Source of the DNA: an uncultured bacterium
GTDB taxonomy: Bacteria; Krumholzibacteriota; Krumholzibacteriia; Krumholzibacteriales; Krumholzibacteriaceae
Reading direction: 5' to 3'
NCBI GenBank assembly: GCA_965371515.1
Contig: CBDUYR010000026.1
Span: forward strand, 1 to 35,858
DNA length: 35,858 bases
Positions within the stretch are counted from its first letter, which is position 1; each line of letters begins with the position of its first letter. This document shows, one piece after another, positions 1-10,510 of the stretch. The translations under genes were made by a program, and so were the position numbers. The notes under the pieces were generated by a model that saw only the letters and a program-made list of their open reading frames with translations, made no database searches and was not told the origin of the DNA.

Positions 1-637
1 CAGGGGTCTCCTCAGCGGGAGCCTCTTTTACCGGTACTTCTTCTTCGGTCTTTTCGGGCTTTGCTTCTTCTTCGGTCTTTTCAGGCTTTGCTTCTTCTTC
101 GACAGCTTTCGCTTCCTCGACAGCCTTCGCTTCCTCGACAGGCTTCGCTTCCTCGACAGCTTTCGCTTCCTCGACAGCCTTCGCTTCCTCGACAGCCTTC
201 GCTTCCTCGACAGGCTTCGCTTCCTCTTCAACAGGTTTCGCCGCCTCTTCCTCGGCCGCCTTCGCGGCTGCTATCGCCTTCTTCGAAAGCTTCTTCTTAT
301 CCTTCTGCTGGGCCTTGGGCTGCTTCAACCTTCTCTCCGCGATCTTTGCGTCGAGCTCGGCGATCTTCACGCCTGACTTGAAAAGCTCCCATCTCTCGAG
401 GATGCCTTGCGCCTTGAGCAGGTTTGCCGCGCTGACCGTCGGCTGCGCACCATTGCCGAGCCACTTGTAGACCTTGTCCTCGTCGATCTTGATCTCGACC
501 GGCTCAACCATGGGATTGTAATGACCAAGGTTCTCGAGGAACCTTCCGTCACGCGGTGAGCGCGAATCAGCCGCTATGAGCCTGTAGAACGGTCTCTTTT
601 TCGAACCCATCCTCTTCAGTCTGATCTTGACTGCCAA
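1..637 (-). CDS. rpsP: 30S ribosomal protein S16 with long C-terminal low-complexity extension (3' end runs off the window)
   Basis: Not in the ORF track because it has no stop in the window. Manual translation from TTG at 635-637 (GGAGG SD just upstream) gives [42 protein letters not shown]...WLGNGAQPT, a classic S16. It lies downstream of ffh as usual, and the frame is open to position 2. Confidence 0.96.
   Translation of the reverse strand, partial: MAVKIRLKRMGSKKRPFYRLIAADSRSPRDGRFLENLGHYNPMVEPVEIKIDEDKVYKWLGNGAQPTVSAANLLKAQGILERWELFKSGVKIAELDAKIAERRLKQPKAQQKDKKKLSKKAIAAAKAAEEEAAKPVEEEAKPVEEAKAVEEAKAVEEAKAVEEAKPVEEAKAVEEAKAVEEEAKPEKTEEEAKPEKTEEEVPVKEAPAEETP
38..241. repeat. Coding tandem repeats in the S16 tail: 2 x 27 bp (38-91), 7 x 18 bp (95-220), plus a degenerate 18-bp unit (224-241)
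   Basis: The 18-bp unit TTCCTCGACAG(C/G)(C/T)TTCGC encodes AK(A/P)VEE on the minus strand. The 27-bp unit TTCTTCTTCGGTCTTTTC(G/A)GGCTTTGC encodes AKPEKTEEE. Confidence 0.95.
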
Positions 638-667
638 TTTGACCTCCGTATCAGGTATCCCTCTCGA

Positions 668-1990
668 TCATGAGAAGGGAAATCCCGCGGGCATCCTGCC
701 CGACAGTTTGGAAAAACGCTTCATCATCTTGCGCATCTGCTGAAACTGGTTGAGCAGTTTGTTGACGTCCTGGACGCTCGTTCCACTCCCTTTCGCGATA
801 CGCTTCCTCCTCGACCCGTCGATGAGCTGCGAGGAACGCCTCTCATCGGGAGTCATGGAGCGAATGATCGCCTCCAGTTTCTTCATCTCGGTCTCACCGA
901 CGCCGGACGCCAGGGCTTTGTCGACCTTCATCCCGGGTATCATCCCGAGGAGCTGGTCCACAGGCCCCATCTTCTTCAGCCGCTGAAGCTGGTCGAGGAA
1001 GTCTTCGAGGGTGAAAGACTCCTTTAGAATCCTGCGCTCGAGCTCCCTGGCTTCCTTCTCGTCGATCGTTTCCTGGGCCTTCTCGACGAGGGACATCACA
1101 TCCCCCATTCCCAGTATCCTTCCCGCCATTCTGTCGGGATGAAAGGCTTCCAGGTCTGATGCCTTCTCCCCGACACAGGCGAACTTTATCGGCACGCCCG
1201 TTACCGCACGAACCGACAGCGCCGCGCCGCCCCGTGAATCACCATCGAGCTTAGTGAGGACGACGCCGGTAAATTCTATTTCTTTCTTGAACTCCGCGGC
1301 GACACTGACGGCCTCCTGGCCCGTCATAGAGTCGAGAACGAGGAGTATTTCTTCAGGGTCGAGTATCTCTCTTATCGTTGAGAGCTCGTCCATCATCTCA
1401 CGGTCGATATGCAGCCGTCCCGCCGTATCGACTATGATGGTATCCTTCAGTGTCTTTCTCGCCTCCACGGCCGCGCCGCGGACAATATCATCCACCGGCA
1501 CCTGGTCACCCGGAGCGTAGACGGGAACGTCTATCTCCCCGGCCAGCACCTTGAGCTGCTCGATCGCAGCCGGACGGTAGACATCGGCCGCGACAAGCAA
1601 CGGTTTCCTTCCCCTCTTCATGAGGGAAACGGCAAGCTTGGCGCAAAAGCTCGTTTTCCCGGCGCCCTGAAGACCACACACCAGAACACTTGCCGGTGAT
1701 GCCGAAAGATCGAATCCGGCCGGTGTGCCGCCGAGAAGATCAACGAGTTCCTCGTTGACGATCTTTATGACCTGCTGGTCGGGCGACAGGCTGTCGAGCA
1801 CCTTGCGGCCGACCGCCCTCTCGCCGACCCGGCCGACGAACTCCTTTACTACCTTGTAGTTAACGTCAGCCTCGAGGAGGGCCCTGCGGACCTCCTTCAT
1901 GGCGGCCTGGATGTGGCTCTCGCGAACCTTCCCATGCCCGCGCAGCTCCTTGAAGACGCGCGCGAACTTATTTCCGAGGTCCTGGAACAA
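668..1990 (-). CDS. ffh: Signal recognition particle protein Ffh
   Basis: ALLEADV, GLQGAGKT, DTAGR and TKLDGD motifs plus a Met-rich M domain (SRRKRIAKGSG). Start placed at TTG 1988-1990 (MFQDL...) rather than 2047. Confidence 0.97.
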   Translation of the reverse strand: MFQDLGNKFARVFKELRGHGKVRESHIQAAMKEVRRALLEADVNYKVVKEFVGRVGERAVGRKVLDSLSPDQQVIKIVNEELVDLLGGTPAGFDLSASPASVLVCGLQGAGKTSFCAKLAVSLMKRGRKPLLVAADVYRPAAIEQLKVLAGEIDVPVYAPGDQVPVDDIVRGAAVEARKTLKDTIIVDTAGRLHIDREMMDELSTIREILDPEEILLVLDSMTGQEAVSVAAEFKKEIEFTGVVLTKLDGDSRGGAALSVRAVTGVPIKFACVGEKASDLEAFHPDRMAGRILGMGDVMSLVEKAQETIDEKEARELERRILKESFTLEDFLDQLQRLKKMGPVDQLLGMIPGMKVDKALASGVGETEMKKLEAIIRSMTPDERRSSQLIDGSRRKRIAKGSGTSVQDVNKLLNQFQQMRKMMKRFSKLSGRMPAGFPFS

Positions 1991-2018
1991 AGGGACACAT
2001 CCCGCCCGTAAAAGACAT

Positions 2019-2047
2019 AAAATAACACGGTTCCCCATGACAGGCAA
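2019..2047 (-). promoter_or_regulatory. Putative sigma70 promoter for ffh-rpsP
   Basis: TTGCCT-17 bp-TATTTT with an extended -10 TG, about 30 nt upstream of the ffh start. Confidence 0.6.
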
Positions 2048-2087
2048 GGGAAAACGGGGAGAGCCGATTTATAGTGAAAAAGCCCTG

Positions 2088-2780
2088 TCAGCCCCTTATA
2101 GCCTTTATGGCAGTGGCGTAATCGCCGCTTCTGTATACCGCGGTCCCAGCCACGAGACACTCGCCGCCCGCTTCCCTGACCGCCCCGGCGTTGTCAGGCT
2201 TTATCCCGCCGTCGACCTCGATGACAAAATCATACCCTTCCTCGTCCCTGACTGTGGCAGCCTTACGGATCTTGTCAAGGACCTCGACGATGAACTCCTG
2301 CCCCCCGAACCCGGGGAAGACCGTCATGATCAGCAGCAGGTCGATATCACCGAGCAGTTGCTTCACGCCGTCGAGTGGCGTATCGGGATTGATTGCCAGT
2401 CCGGCCGCGCTCCCCGCCTCGCGGATCGTGTGAACGATCTCGAGGTGACCTTCTTCGACCGCCTCGTAATGGAAGGAAACGACGTCGCTGCCGGCTTTGA
2501 CGAAGGCGCCGGCATACTTCGCCGGATCGCTGATCATCAGGTGGGTGATCAGCGGTCGGGTCGCGACGCTCGAGATCACCTCGACGATCATCGGCCCGAA
2601 TGTGATATTGGGCACGAAATGGCCGTCCATGACGTCGAGATGATGAAAATCGGCTCCGGCCTTCTCGACCGCCCGGATCTCATCGGCGAGCCTGGTAAAA
2701 TCTGCAGAGAGGACCGACGGCGCAACTGCCGCCCGGCCCTTCTCAATCGACCGTAGAAACGACGAGCTCAATCGTCCCAC
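2088..2780 (-). CDS. rpe: Ribulose-phosphate 3-epimerase
   Basis: APSVLSADF, HLDVMDGHFVPNITFG, MTVFPGFGGQ and EVDGGI motifs. Exact start is uncertain (GTG 2780, TTG 2771 or ATT 2747). Confidence 0.96.
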   Translation of the reverse strand: MGRLSSSFLRSIEKGRAAVAPSVLSADFTRLADEIRAVEKAGADFHHLDVMDGHFVPNITFGPMIVEVISSVATRPLITHLMISDPAKYAGAFVKAGSDVVSFHYEAVEEGHLEIVHTIREAGSAAGLAINPDTPLDGVKQLLGDIDLLLIMTVFPGFGGQEFIVEVLDKIRKAATVRDEEGYDFVIEVDGGIKPDNAGAVREAGGECLVAGTAVYRSGDYATAIKAIRG

Positions 2781-3486
2781 CTTCCTTTATCGAGTATCCC
2801 ACGGGAGGGTTCTGCGAGAGTATCGTTCCCGGGAACCGGCTCTCGTCCCTCCTGCTCACGACCCGTGTAATGTGGAATCCGCCCCTCTCGAGACGCTCCC
2901 TGACAAAAAGGAGGTCTTTACCGGTCAGGTCGGGCATGAGAAAAACGGCAGGCTCACCCGTCATGTAGAGGAGCATGTCGACCGATGATCCTGTCGGTAC
3001 GCTAGACCCGCCCTCGGGGCTCGAAGCGGCCACACTGTTCGGCCCGGTATCGGCCGTGAATACACGGGAGAGCTTTCCGCGCCTCAGGTGCGCGCCCTCG
3101 AGGTCGAGCTCGGCCTCCCTCAGCGACTTCCCTGCCAGATCGGGCACTTCCTCCATCTGTATCCCGGAACTCGCGATCACTTTGACCGTCCTCCTGCCCT
3201 TGAGCCCCTCCCCCGGGGAAGGATCCTGGTCGAGGACGTACCCGGCAGGAGCGCTGCCGGAATAGCGTTCGCCGGTGACCATGAGATTCAGGCCCCTCTC
3301 CCTGCACGCTTCTTCCGCAGCCTCCAGGGGGATGCCCTTCAGCTCCGGCACCATTACGATGTCGCTGCGGCCGGTGAGAAGGGGAAGTATCACGAGGTTG
3401 AACGCGACCATCCCGAGTATGAAAATACCCGCAATAGCGGCCGCGTAGATCAAAAACGGATGATAACCCCTTTTCCCCTCACTCAT
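2743..3486 (-). CDS. Membrane-anchored PASTA-domain protein (3 PASTA repeats, no kinase domain)
   Basis: N-terminal TM helix, then three repeats starting VPELKG, VPDLAG and MPDLTG and ending with Q.P..G......V.L.VS-like motifs. Confidence 0.88.
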   Translation of the reverse strand: MSEGKRGYHPFLIYAAAIAGIFILGMVAFNLVILPLLTGRSDIVMVPELKGIPLEAAEEACRERGLNLMVTGERYSGSAPAGYVLDQDPSPGEGLKGRRTVKVIASSGIQMEEVPDLAGKSLREAELDLEGAHLRRGKLSRVFTADTGPNSVAASSPEGGSSVPTGSSVDMLLYMTGEPAVFLMPDLTGKDLLFVRERLERGGFHITRVVSRRDESRFPGTILSQNPPVGYSIKEGGTIELVVSTVD

Positions 3487-4429
3487 CTCCTTCTCCTCCC
3501 AGAACCGATCCCGCCTGAAGTCCCGATCCCCTCAGAAATTCCTCTGCCGGCAGTACTTTTCTCCCTTCGGCCTGCAGCATCGTCAGTCTCACGGCTCCCG
3601 AAGCGCAGGCAATCTCGATGATCCCGTCCGATGCCTTCATGACCTTTCCAGATCGGGCGTCGCCGGTCTCCCGATCGCAGGGTTCGGACCGGTGGACCTT
3701 GATCAGCGTCCTCCCCGCCCTAGTATGGCTGCCGGGCCACGGATTCATACCTCTTATCTGATTATGCACCGAACCGGCGTCTTTGTTCCAGTCTATCAGC
3801 CCGTCGCTCTTCTTCAGGAGCGGCGCGAATGTCACGCCTTCCCCGGACTGTTCCTCCGGCTCGAGCCCCTCTCCCGTTATCCTCTCGAGCGTTTCGACGA
3901 GAAATGCAGCGCCTTCGCCGGAAAGGATCTCGAAGAGATCGCCGGCCGTTTCCATCGGTCCGATCGGCACCGACCTCTGAGCATAGACGGGGCCTGCATC
4001 GAGAGCCTTGACCATCCTCATGATCGACACACCCGTGAACCTGTCGCCGGCCGCGACCGCCATGTTTACAGGACTCGCCCCCCTCCATCTCGGGAGAAGC
4101 GAGGCATGAACGTTGATGCAGGATACCGCCGGGAGCTCGAGCGCCTTCTTCGGAAATATCAGTCCGAACGCGGCGACGATGAAGAAATCAGGCTCCAGTC
4201 CGGCCAGCCTCCCGTACGCAGCCTCGTCCTTGAAATTCTCCAGGACCATCACGGGGAGCCCAAGTTCTTCGGCTGCCTTTCTCACGGCGGTAGGCGCAGT
4301 TTTTCGCCCTCTTCCGGCAGGGCGGTCGGGCTGCGTCACAACGAGATCCGGCCGGTACGCCGACCCGAACAGGGCCTTCAGCGATGGAACTGCGAAATCG
4401 GGGGAACCGAAGAAGATGATCCGCGGCAT
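3479..4429 (-). CDS. fmt: Methionyl-tRNA formyltransferase
   Basis: FFGSPDFA, VVTQPDRPAGRG, NVHASLLPRWRGASP and LDAG motifs. Adjacent to def. Confidence 0.97.
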   Translation of the reverse strand: MPRIIFFGSPDFAVPSLKALFGSAYRPDLVVTQPDRPAGRGRKTAPTAVRKAAEELGLPVMVLENFKDEAAYGRLAGLEPDFFIVAAFGLIFPKKALELPAVSCINVHASLLPRWRGASPVNMAVAAGDRFTGVSIMRMVKALDAGPVYAQRSVPIGPMETAGDLFEILSGEGAAFLVETLERITGEGLEPEEQSGEGVTFAPLLKKSDGLIDWNKDAGSVHNQIRGMNPWPGSHTRAGRTLIKVHRSEPCDRETGDARSGKVMKASDGIIEIACASGAVRLTMLQAEGRKVLPAEEFLRGSGLQAGSVLGGEGDE

Positions 4430-4436
4430 TGCTCAA

Positions 4437-4952
4437 TCACTCCCGCTTTCCCTTTCGAACCAGATCCCTGAGCCTTCCCTTCAGCAGTGTCTTCCTGCCG
4501 AAGGAAAGATGGTCGACGAACAGTACGCCGTTGAGATGGTCGACCTCATGCTGTATGATCCTCGACACGAGCCCGTCGAAATTGACACAGTGCTTTCCGC
4601 CGTGCCTGTCCTGATACTCGACCTCTGTGGCGATCGACCTTTCGACCTTGCCCCTGATGCCGGGCACACTGAGACAGCCTTCCTCGACGCTGTCTGTCTC
4701 GTCGCTGCACGAGAGGATCCGCGGGTTGACGAGAGTCAGCAGCGTGTCGGGATTCTGCGGGTCGGGATTGACCACGGCGACGCGGCGCGAGACACCGACC
4801 TGGGGCGCGGCCAGCCCCACACCCTCCTCGATGATCATCGTCTCGAGCATCTTCTCGATCAGCTCTTCGAGCCCGTCGTCGAACTCCTCGACCTCCGTGC
4901 TCTTCGCGCGAAGTATTTCGTCGCCGTATATCCTTATCCCGAACGATCTCAT
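4437..4952 (-). CDS. def: Peptide deformylase
   Basis: GVGLAAPQ, EGCLS and QHEVDHLNG motifs. Confidence 0.97.
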   Translation of the reverse strand: MRSFGIRIYGDEILRAKSTEVEEFDDGLEELIEKMLETMIIEEGVGLAAPQVGVSRRVAVVNPDPQNPDTLLTLVNPRILSCSDETDSVEEGCLSVPGIRGKVERSIATEVEYQDRHGGKHCVNFDGLVSRIIQHEVDHLNGVLFVDHLSFGRKTLLKGRLRDLVRKGKRE

Positions 4953-4959
4953 GAATGGA

Positions 4960-5277
4960 CTATTCTTTCTTTCTCTCGATTACCGTAGCGATCGCGCTCT
5001 TGACTACCTCGACCTTGACATTCTCCGCTATCTTGAGGATCACGACGTGGTCCTTGGCATCGGAAATAGTGCCGTACATACCGCCATTGGTAACGACCTT
5101 GTCACCCTTGGACAGCTCGGAGAGGAGTTGCTGATGCGCCTTCTGCTTCTTCTGCTGGGGCCTGATAAGAAGAAGGTAGAAGACGATGAACACCATTATA
5201 ATCGGGACAAACATCGTGAGGGGATTACCGCCGCCCTCAGCGCCGCCTGCGGACATTGCAAAGATAAGTGCCGACAT
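4960..5277 (-). CDS. yajC: Preprotein translocase subunit YajC
   Basis: TM helix followed by FYLLLIRPQQKK and GDKVVTNGGMYG. Follows tgt. Confidence 0.95.
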   Translation of the reverse strand: MSALIFAMSAGGAEGGGNPLTMFVPIIMVFIVFYLLLIRPQQKKQKAHQQLLSELSKGDKVVTNGGMYGTISDAKDHVVILKIAENVKVEVVKSAIATVIERKKE

Positions 5278-5334
5278 GATTCCTCCTGGGTAAAATGGAA
5301 AACTGTACTGTCTCCGCGGAAATCGTGCCGGCCG

Positions 5335-6477
<1,143 letters not shown>

Positions 6478-6485
6478 TCACTCTG

Positions 6486-7541
6486 TCAACGGATTAACAT
6501 GACGTCACCGTAGCTGAAGAACCGGAACCTTCGCTCCACGGCCCAGCGGTATGCGTTGAGGATCCTCTCCCTGCCGGCATAGGCCGATACGAGCACGAGA
6601 AGGCTCGATTTCGGAAGGTGCATGTTCGTCAGCAGCGAGCCGACGACCCTGAACTCGAAGCCGGGGTATATGAAGAGATCGGTCCACCCGGTGAGGTATT
6701 CCTCACCTTCGGAAACGATCGTCCCAGCGCCGTCCAGAGCTCCCGAAGCAGCGGCTTCGAGCGCGCGCGTCACGGTCGTGCCGACCGCGACCACGTTTCT
6801 CCCGATCTTCCTCGCGGACAATATCTCTTCGAGATAGTCTTTCCTTATCGAGACGTGCTCTGCGGAAAGGACGTTATCCTCGACCACCTCCATACTGAGC
6901 GGCCTGAAGGTACCGGGGCCGACGTGCAGGGTAACGGGCATCACAGTGATCCCCTTCCGGCGCAGGCCTTCGAGAACCTCTCCCGTGAAATGCAGCCCGG
7001 CGGTCGGAGCCGCGACAGAGCCCTCGACCCTCGCGTAGACCGTCTGGTAACGTCCCCTGTCGATCTCCTCGTCTCCGCGCCTGATGTACGGCGGCAGGGG
7101 CATGTGCCCGAACTTCTCGATGAATCCTGCCTCCGGTATATCTTCGGGCATCGAGACGACCCATTCGCCGCCTCCGATCTCCTCGCCGATAGTGAGCGCG
7201 TGTCCCACCTCGCCGACCAAGACCCTCTCCCCCGGCCTGAGCCTTCGCGAAGGGCGACAGAGAGCCCGCCACCTCCCTTCTCCGAGGCGCCGCACGAGAA
7301 ACACCTCCACCTCGGCCCCACTCTCCTTCCTGCCGAGAAGACGGGCGGGAATTACCTTCGAGTCGTTGACGACGACGATATCGCCCTCACGGAGATACCT
7401 CGGAAAGTTCGCGAACTTCGTCTCGCGGACCTCATTCCTCGAGCGGTCGAGCAGGAGCATCCTGCTCTCGTCGCGCCGTCCGGCCGGATATTGCGCGATG
7501 AGTTCCTCGGGGAGTTCGTAATCAAAATCGCTTATTCTCAT
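6486..7541 (-). CDS. queA: S-adenosylmethionine:tRNA ribosyltransferase-isomerase
   Basis: FDYELPEELIAQYP, PLPPYI, AAPTAGLHFT, LHVGPGTF and FFSYGD motifs. Start at ATG 7541 (MRISDF). Confidence 0.97.
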   Translation of the reverse strand: MRISDFDYELPEELIAQYPAGRRDESRMLLLDRSRNEVRETKFANFPRYLREGDIVVVNDSKVIPARLLGRKESGAEVEVFLVRRLGEGRWRALCRPSRRLRPGERVLVGEVGHALTIGEEIGGGEWVVSMPEDIPEAGFIEKFGHMPLPPYIRRGDEEIDRGRYQTVYARVEGSVAAPTAGLHFTGEVLEGLRRKGITVMPVTLHVGPGTFRPLSMEVVEDNVLSAEHVSIRKDYLEEILSARKIGRNVVAVGTTVTRALEAAASGALDGAGTIVSEGEEYLTGWTDLFIYPGFEFRVVGSLLTNMHLPKSSLLVLVSAYAGRERILNAYRWAVERRFRFFSYGDVMLIR

Positions 7542-7579
7542 GAGACTTTCCGTTACCGGGGGAATATGCCGCACGGGTC

Positions 7580-8608
7580 CTAGAGGATCCTGCCCTGCCT
7601 TCCGTCGCCCGCGGGCGGCTCGGCGCCGAGATGCCTGTAGCCGGCCTCGGTGACGATCCTCCCCCGCTGGGTCCTCTGGAGCAGACCTTGCTGTATGAGG
7701 AACGGCTCGTATACATCCTCTATAGTGTCGCTCTCCTCGGAAACCGCCACGGCGAGCGAGCCGACCCCCACCGGGCCCCCCGAGAATTTTTCAATAATGG
7801 CGGAGAGGATCCGCCTGTCCATTTCGTTGAGACCCCGTTCATCGACCTCGAGTTTCTCGAGGGCGTATTTCGCCATCTCGAGATCTATGGTTCCATCGCC
7901 CTTTATCTGCGCAAAATCCCGTACCCGGCGGAGCAGCCTGTTGACGATCCTAGGCGTGCCCCTCGACCGGCTCGCGATCTCCGCGGCCCCATCGTCGTCG
8001 ATCCGGGCTCCCAGAAGACCGGCTGAGCGCTTTACTATGCTGTAGAGGTCGTCCGGCGAGTAGAAATCGAGCCTCGCCACCACGCCGAACCTGCTTCTCA
8101 TCGGCGGAGTGATCATCCCCGCCCTCGTTGTCGCGCCGATAAGGGTAAAGGGCTCTATCTGAAGCGAGTAATGCCTCGCGTGCGGGCCCTTGTCGACTAT
8201 CAGCTCGCACCTGAATTCCTCCATAGCGGGATAGAGGCGCTCCTCGACGATGTGGCTGAGCCTGTGGATCTCGTCTATGAATACGACGTCCCTGGTCTCG
8301 AGCTGGGTGAGGATGCCGAGAAGCTCTACCGCGCTCTGGAATACGGGGCCCGAAGTACTCCTTATGTTGACGCCGAGCTCTGAGGCGATGATATGCGCCA
8401 GCGTCGTCTTGCCCAGCCCCGGAGGGCCGTAGAGCAGCACGTGGTCGAGCTGCTCGCCCCGCCTGCTGGCCGCTTCGATGAATACCGAGAGGTTCTCCTT
8501 CACCTTGTTCTGGCCGACGAACTCGGCGAGAGAGGAAGGCCGCAGCGTCGACTCTGAAATCATCTCGTCGGACGTCGCCTTCGGATCGGTTATCATCTTC
8601 TCCTGCAT
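7580..8608 (-). CDS. ruvB: Holliday junction branch migration helicase RuvB
   Basis: LRP...[32 protein letters not shown] and EPFL motifs. Confidence 0.97.
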   Translation of the reverse strand: MQEKMITDPKATSDEMISESTLRPSSLAEFVGQNKVKENLSVFIEAASRRGEQLDHVLLYGPPGLGKTTLAHIIASELGVNIRSTSGPVFQSAVELLGILTQLETRDVVFIDEIHRLSHIVEERLYPAMEEFRCELIVDKGPHARHYSLQIEPFTLIGATTRAGMITPPMRSRFGVVARLDFYSPDDLYSIVKRSAGLLGARIDDDGAAEIASRSRGTPRIVNRLLRRVRDFAQIKGDGTIDLEMAKYALEKLEVDERGLNEMDRRILSAIIEKFSGGPVGVGSLAVAVSEESDTIEDVYEPFLIQQGLLQRTQRGRIVTEAGYRHLGAEPPAGDGRQGRIL

Positions 8609-8623
8609 CGGATCCTTCCGTAC

Positions 8624-9223
8624 CTAGAGAGGGACCTTCCTCAGCGCCATCTTCACGATGTCCTCGACCTGGTACCCCGAGGCGTCGCCTTCGAGATCTA
8701 TCCGCTCGAGGGCCTTCTCGGCATTGTTCCTCGTGAGGCCGAGCGACATCAGCGCCGCCACCACTTCTTCGAGTGTCTCGGAATGGGCCGCAGGCCCGGC
8801 CGGACTCGCGGCGCCTCCCTCGACCTCGATCCTGTCCTTCAGCTCGAGGACTATCCTCTCGGCAGTCTTCTTCCCGATCCCCGGGATCTGGACCAGGGCG
8901 CGGACGTTCTCGTCCCGGATTATCCCTGCCAGGACAGCGGCGCTGTCCTTAGACATCATCGTGAGCGCCGCCTTCGGCCCGACGCCGCTCACGCCGAGAA
9001 GGGCGGTGAAAACACTGCGGTCGTAATCCGTCGCGAATCCATAGAGGGTCAGCGCATCTTCACGGACGTGAAGGTAGGTGCTGAGCCTCACCTTCTCGCC
9101 GACATTTCCCAGTACGGCGAGGGCGGGCGCCGGAACGTGCATCTCGAGGCCAAAACCGCCCGTTTCCACGACAACGCTTGTTTCCTTCCTCGATGCGAGG
9201 ATTCCTTCCACCGACGATATCAT
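8624..9223 (-). CDS. ruvA: Holliday junction DNA-binding protein RuvA
   Basis: HVRED..LYGF, HhH motifs GVSGVGPK and PGIGKKTAERIVLEL, and ALMSLG. Confidence 0.96.
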   Translation of the reverse strand: MISSVEGILASRKETSVVVETGGFGLEMHVPAPALAVLGNVGEKVRLSTYLHVREDALTLYGFATDYDRSVFTALLGVSGVGPKAALTMMSKDSAAVLAGIIRDENVRALVQIPGIGKKTAERIVLELKDRIEVEGGAASPAGPAAHSETLEEVVAALMSLGLTRNNAEKALERIDLEGDASGYQVEDIVKMALRKVPL

Positions 9224-9714
9224 ACGGTCCTCCCCACCGGCGATCCGGCCCTGAGCGCGTGACAGAAAGCAACGGCGAGGGCATCGGTCTCATCCTCGCA
9301 GGCCGGCTCGTGATCGGTGCGCAGAAGCCGGATGATCATCGCACCCACCTGGCTCTTGTGCGCCGAGCCGGTACCGGTCACGCTCCCCTTTACCTCGCGT
9401 GGTGCGTATTCGAATACCTCGATCCCCGCCTCGGCGGCTGCCAGGATGACCACTCCGCGTGCCTGTCCGAGTTTCAGTGCGCTCCTCGGGTTCTTCGAAA
9501 CGAATATATCCTCAACGGCCATCGCGGCCGGCCGATACTCCCTGAGTACTTCGTCGATCCCGCGTTTTATCGACGCAAGCCTCTCGGGCATCGGGTCCGA
9601 AGCCCTGAGCCTGATCACTCCCGATCCTATATAGACGATCCCGGAACCCCGCTTCTCTACCAGGCCGTAACCGGTGACGCGGCTTCCGGGATCTATACCG
9701 ATGATGACAGGCAA
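9220..9714 (-). CDS. ruvC: Crossover junction endodeoxyribonuclease RuvC
   Basis: IIGIDPG, AVEDIF, LGQARGV and DETDALAVA motifs. 4-bp ATGA overlap with ruvA. Confidence 0.96.
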   Translation of the reverse strand: MPVIIGIDPGSRVTGYGLVEKRGSGIVYIGSGVIRLRASDPMPERLASIKRGIDEVLREYRPAAMAVEDIFVSKNPRSALKLGQARGVVILAAAEAGIEVFEYAPREVKGSVTGTGSAHKSQVGAMIIRLLRTDHEPACEDETDALAVAFCHALRAGSPVGRTV

Positions 9715-9732
9715 TGCTCCCTCCGCAGGGCG

Positions 9733-10488
9733 CTATATCTGGTCCTCTATCTCCCCGAGGATCTCGTCGGAGATATCGAAATTCGCGCTTACCCTCTGTA
9801 CGTCATCGTTGTCCTCGAGCGCGGCGACGAGCTTGAGGACCTTGACCGCCTTTTCGCTGTCGACTCCGACGGTCGTCTTGGGATGCAGGGATACCTCGGC
9901 GACCTGGTACTCGATACCGGCCGTCTTTATCCCCTCCCTGACTCGCTCGAAGGCCTCGGGCGGACAGATGACCTCGAAATGGTCGTCCTCGGACCTGATA
10001 TCCTCGGCGCCGTTCTCCAGCGCTATTTCGTATACCTTGTTCTCTTCGGCGGCAGCCTGGTCGATAACGATCAGTCCCTTACTCTCGAACATGTACGCGA
10101 CCGAACCGGGCTCGCCGAGATGCCCGCCGTGCTTGGTGAAGATGTGGCGGACCTCCGCGGTCGTCCTGTTCCTGTTGTCAGTCAGTGATTCGACCAGCAC
10201 CGCCACTCCCCCCAGGGCATATCCCTCGAATGTCGCCGCCTCGTAGACCACGCCGGGCAGTTCGCCGGTGCCGCGCTGAATCGCCTTGTCCATGTTCGTC
10301 GCGGGCATGTTGGCGTCGCGCGCGGCCTGTATGGCAGTCCTCAGCCTCGGATTTGTGTCCGGGTCGCCTCCGCCCTCGCGGGCCGCCACGACGATCTCCT
10401 TTATCAGCTTGGTGAAGATCTTGCCTCTCTCGGCGTCGGCCTTCCCCTTCTTACGTTTTATCGTGCTCCACTTGGAATGTCCTGACAA
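9733..10488 (-). CDS. yebC: YebC/PmpR (TACO1) family protein
   Basis: MSGHSKWSTIKRKK, NPRLR, TDNRNRT and LEDNDDVQ motifs. Typical position upstream of ruvC. Confidence 0.96.
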   Translation of the reverse strand: MSGHSKWSTIKRKKGKADAERGKIFTKLIKEIVVAAREGGGDPDTNPRLRTAIQAARDANMPATNMDKAIQRGTGELPGVVYEAATFEGYALGGVAVLVESLTDNRNRTTAEVRHIFTKHGGHLGEPGSVAYMFESKGLIVIDQAAAEENKVYEIALENGAEDIRSEDDHFEVICPPEAFERVREGIKTAGIEYQVAEVSLHPKTTVGVDSEKAVKVLKLVAALEDNDDVQRVSANFDISDEILGEIEDQI

Positions 10489-10510
10489 CGGCTGCCTCCA
10501 AATGCTGCTG

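Noticed and set aside
38..241. Tandem repeats as a possible CRISPR array, or the SRKRRL/PRQPSL repeat ORFs (28..231, 61..381) as real genes
   Set aside because: There are no spacers or cas genes. Unit lengths are multiples of 3 and in frame with rpsP, so the other ORFs are alternative frames of the same repeat.
1991..2087. SRP RNA (ffs) next to ffh
   Set aside because: There is no SRP domain IV CAGG...GGAA...AGCAG hairpin, and the region is explained by a promoter.
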